In this document: piece after piece, positions 62,011 to 64,000 of the stretch
How positions within the stretch are numbered: position 1 is the stretch's first letter
Layout: each line of letters begins with the position of its first letter
Origin: Nitrospirota bacterium
GTDB taxonomy: Bacteria > Nitrospirota > Thermodesulfovibrionia > Thermodesulfovibrionales > Dissulfurispiraceae
Length of the DNA: 64,000 nt
Direction of reading: 5' to 3'
NCBI GenBank assembly: GCA_963790025.1
Contig: CAWBMP010000005.1
Location: 1 to 64,000 of the forward strand
Made by a program: the position numbers and the translations under genes
The notes under the pieces: generated by a model
Database searches by the model: none
The model's input: only the letters and a program-made list of their open reading frames with translations
What the model was told of the DNA's origin: nothing

Positions 62011-63702
62011 ATGGAAACACCGGCACCGGTTTCTAATTTTATTCGCTCTATTGTTGCTGAAGACATGAAGACAGGAAAGTTTGGCGGACGGCTTATGACA
62101 CGTTTTCCACCTGAGCCTAACGGATACCTGCATATAGGACATGCCAAATCTATCTGCCTTAATTTCGGCCTTGCTGAAGAGTTCGGCGGCGTCTGCAATT
62201 TTCGTTTTGACGATACGAATCCGAGCAAGGAGGAGGTCGAATATGTTGAATCAATAGAGGCGGATGTCCGCTGGCTCGGGTTTGACTGGGGCGACCGGCT
62301 CTACTATGCATCGGACTATTTCCACAAACTCTATGAATATGCAGTGCAGCTCACCAAAAAGGGCAAGGCATATGTGTGCGACTTGAGTGCTGAACAAATC
62401 AGGGAATACCGTGGCACGCTGACAGCACCGGGCAAGGATAGTCCTTACCGCAATCGTTCCGTTGAGGAAAATCTGGACCTTTTGGAGCGTATGAGGGCGG
62501 GTGAATTTGAGGACGGTTCGAGGGTGTTGAGGTCAAAGATCGACATGGCTTCGGGTAATATCAATATGAGAGACCCTGTAATGTACAGGATAAAGAAGGA
62601 ATCGCATCACAGGACAGGCGATGAGTGGTGTATTTACCCTATGTACGACTTTGCGCACGGTCTTTCCGATTCCATTGAAGGTATTACCCACTCTATCTGT
62701 ACTATGGAGTATGAAGACCACCGTCCCCTTTATGACTGGTATATAGATGAACTGGATGTTTATCATCCGCAGCAGATCGAGTTTGCACGCCTCAATCTGA
62801 GTCATACTGTGCTTAGTAAAAGAAGGCTGCTGAAGCTGGTGAATGAACACTACGTGAGCGGTTGGGATGATCCCCGCATGCCTACACTCGCAGGCATACG
62901 CAGGCGCGGTTATACGCCGGAAGCAATACGGAATTTTTGCGAACGCATAGGTGTGGGTAAAAAGGAGAGTACGGTTGATATGGCGTTGCTCGAATATTGC
63001 TTACGGGAGGACTTAAACAAACGGGTCCCGCGTGCAATGGCGGTATTGCGTCCGCTCAAAGTGGTCATTGACAATTACCCCGAAGGCCAGGTGGAGTATC
63101 TCGATGCGGTGAACAATCCGGAAGACGCCGCTGCCGGAACACGTCAGATTCCCTTTAGCCGTGAGGTCTATATCGAGCGTGATGATTTTATGGAAGACCC
63201 GCCGAAAAAGTTTTTCCGCCTTGCGCCAGGCCGTGAAGTACGGTTGCGGTATGCATATTTTATCACTTGCGTGGGTTCTGTCAGAAACGAGCGAACAGGC
63301 GAGGTTGACGAGCTTCATTGCACGTACGATCCGGCTACCCGCGGCGGCGATGCCCCTGACGGACGCAAAGTCAAAGCGACTCTGCACTGGGTTTCCGCCC
63401 CGCATTCCTTTGAAGCCGAGGTGCGCCTCTACGATACACTCTTCACAAAACAGAACCCTAATGACGCGGAAGAGGGCAAGGACTTTACCGATTACTTAAA
63501 TCCCAGGTCGCTGGAGGTGCTCAAGTCTTGCCGCATGGAACCGGGACTGGGAAGCGCCACAGCGGGCAGTATGTGTCAGTTTGAGAGAATGGGTTATTTC
63601 TGCGTTGATTCCGTGGATTCCACTCCTGGAAAGCCGGTATTTAACCGGACTGTTACCCTCAAGGATGAATGGGCCAAGATACAAAAAATAAGTAAAAAGT
63701 AA
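62011..63702 (+). CDS. glnS: glutamine--tRNA ligase
   Basis: [44 protein letters not shown]. Confidence 0.95.
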   Translation: METPAPVSNFIRSIVAEDMKTGKFGGRLMTRFPPEPNGYLHIGHAKSICLNFGLAEEFGGVCNFRFDDTNPSKEEVEYVESIEADVRWLGFDWGDRLYYASDYFHKLYEYAVQLTKKGKAYVCDLSAEQIREYRGTLTAPGKDSPYRNRSVEENLDLLERMRAGEFEDGSRVLRSKIDMASGNINMRDPVMYRIKKESHHRTGDEWCIYPMYDFAHGLSDSIEGITHSICTMEYEDHRPLYDWYIDELDVYHPQQIEFARLNLSHTVLSKRRLLKLVNEHYVSGWDDPRMPTLAGIRRRGYTPEAIRNFCERIGVGKKESTVDMALLEYCLREDLNKRVPRAMAVLRPLKVVIDNYPEGQVEYLDAVNNPEDAAAGTRQIPFSREVYIERDDFMEDPPKKFFRLAPGREVRLRYAYFITCVGSVRNERTGEVDELHCTYDPATRGGDAPDGRKVKATLHWVSAPHSFEAEVRLYDTLFTKQNPNDAEEGKDFTDYLNPRSLEVLKSCRMEPGLGSATAGSMCQFERMGYFCVDSVDSTPGKPVFNRTVTLKDEWAKIQKISKK

Positions 63703-63770
63703 AAAGTTCAAAGCGAAAAAAGAAAATAGGGTCTGTTTTGTCTTTACTTTTTACTTCTCACTTTTTACTT
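63690..63770. repeat. palindromic heptamer-repeat hairpin
   Basis: AAGTAAA-AAGTAAA-AAGTTCA-AAGCGAA ... TTTACTT-TTTACTT-CTCACTT-TTTACTT. Confidence 0.75.
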
Positions 63771-63839
63771 TTCTTCGCGTGTTGACAGTAACACTTTGAC
63801 TCTGTTATTTTTAACCATTGTCGTATATTCCGACAATTT

Positions 63840-64000
63840 ATGAAATTTTCACTTACACAATTATTTCCCCGATTTTTCAGGGGACCTTGCAGCAGGAGAG
63901 TGTTACTCCAGACCTCTCTTGTGGGAATGGTTTCTTTTCTATGTAAACCCGCTTTTGCGTCGCTGACTGCCGGGGATATTCCTGAAGGCAGGTTGTCGTT
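63840..64000 (+). CDS. Tat-signal protein, 3' partial (possibly YcbK/DUF882-like)
   Basis: MKFSLTQLFPRFFRGPCSRRVLL...PAFA|SLTAGDIPEGRLS is open to the window end; TTGACA upstream at 63782. Confidence 0.5.
   Translation, partial: MKFSLTQLFPRFFRGPCSRRVLLQTSLVGMVSFLCKPAFASLTAGDIPEGRLS

Overview
Bacterial chromosomal window from a probable anaerobe. A Nitrospirota/Desulfobacterota-like origin is inferred from gene content only (futalosine pathway, c-type cytochrome, HARP, rsfS-rlmH-lapB block). The main feature is a ~15 kb reduced-phosphorus locus (2.1-17.5 kb). It has phosphonoacetate hydrolase phnA divergent from phnF-D-C-E(E)-G and phnH-I-J-GNAT-K-metallophosphoesterase-L-M-TIM barrel-methyltransferase-ptxD. 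There is no phnN, phnP, ptxABC or ptxE. Two near-identical promoter modules (four 11-bp-phased Pho-box-like repeats plus a GTCTAGAC HutC-type operator) precede phnF and phnH. A variable region follows around a tRNA-Arg(TCG), with small genes, a truA and a dispersed ~60-90 bp repeat. Core genes include mqnEC, uvrA, plant-like thrC plus cystathionine gamma-synthase, fumC, malic enzyme, a liv transporter, rsfS-rlmH-lapAB, a protein-only RNase P (HARP), tRNA-Leu(CAG) and glnS. A decaying two-component locus is interrupted by a RAYT-type element with terminal inverted repeats. I saw no rRNA, CRISPR array or integrase. All calls come from motif recognition by eye; no searches were run.
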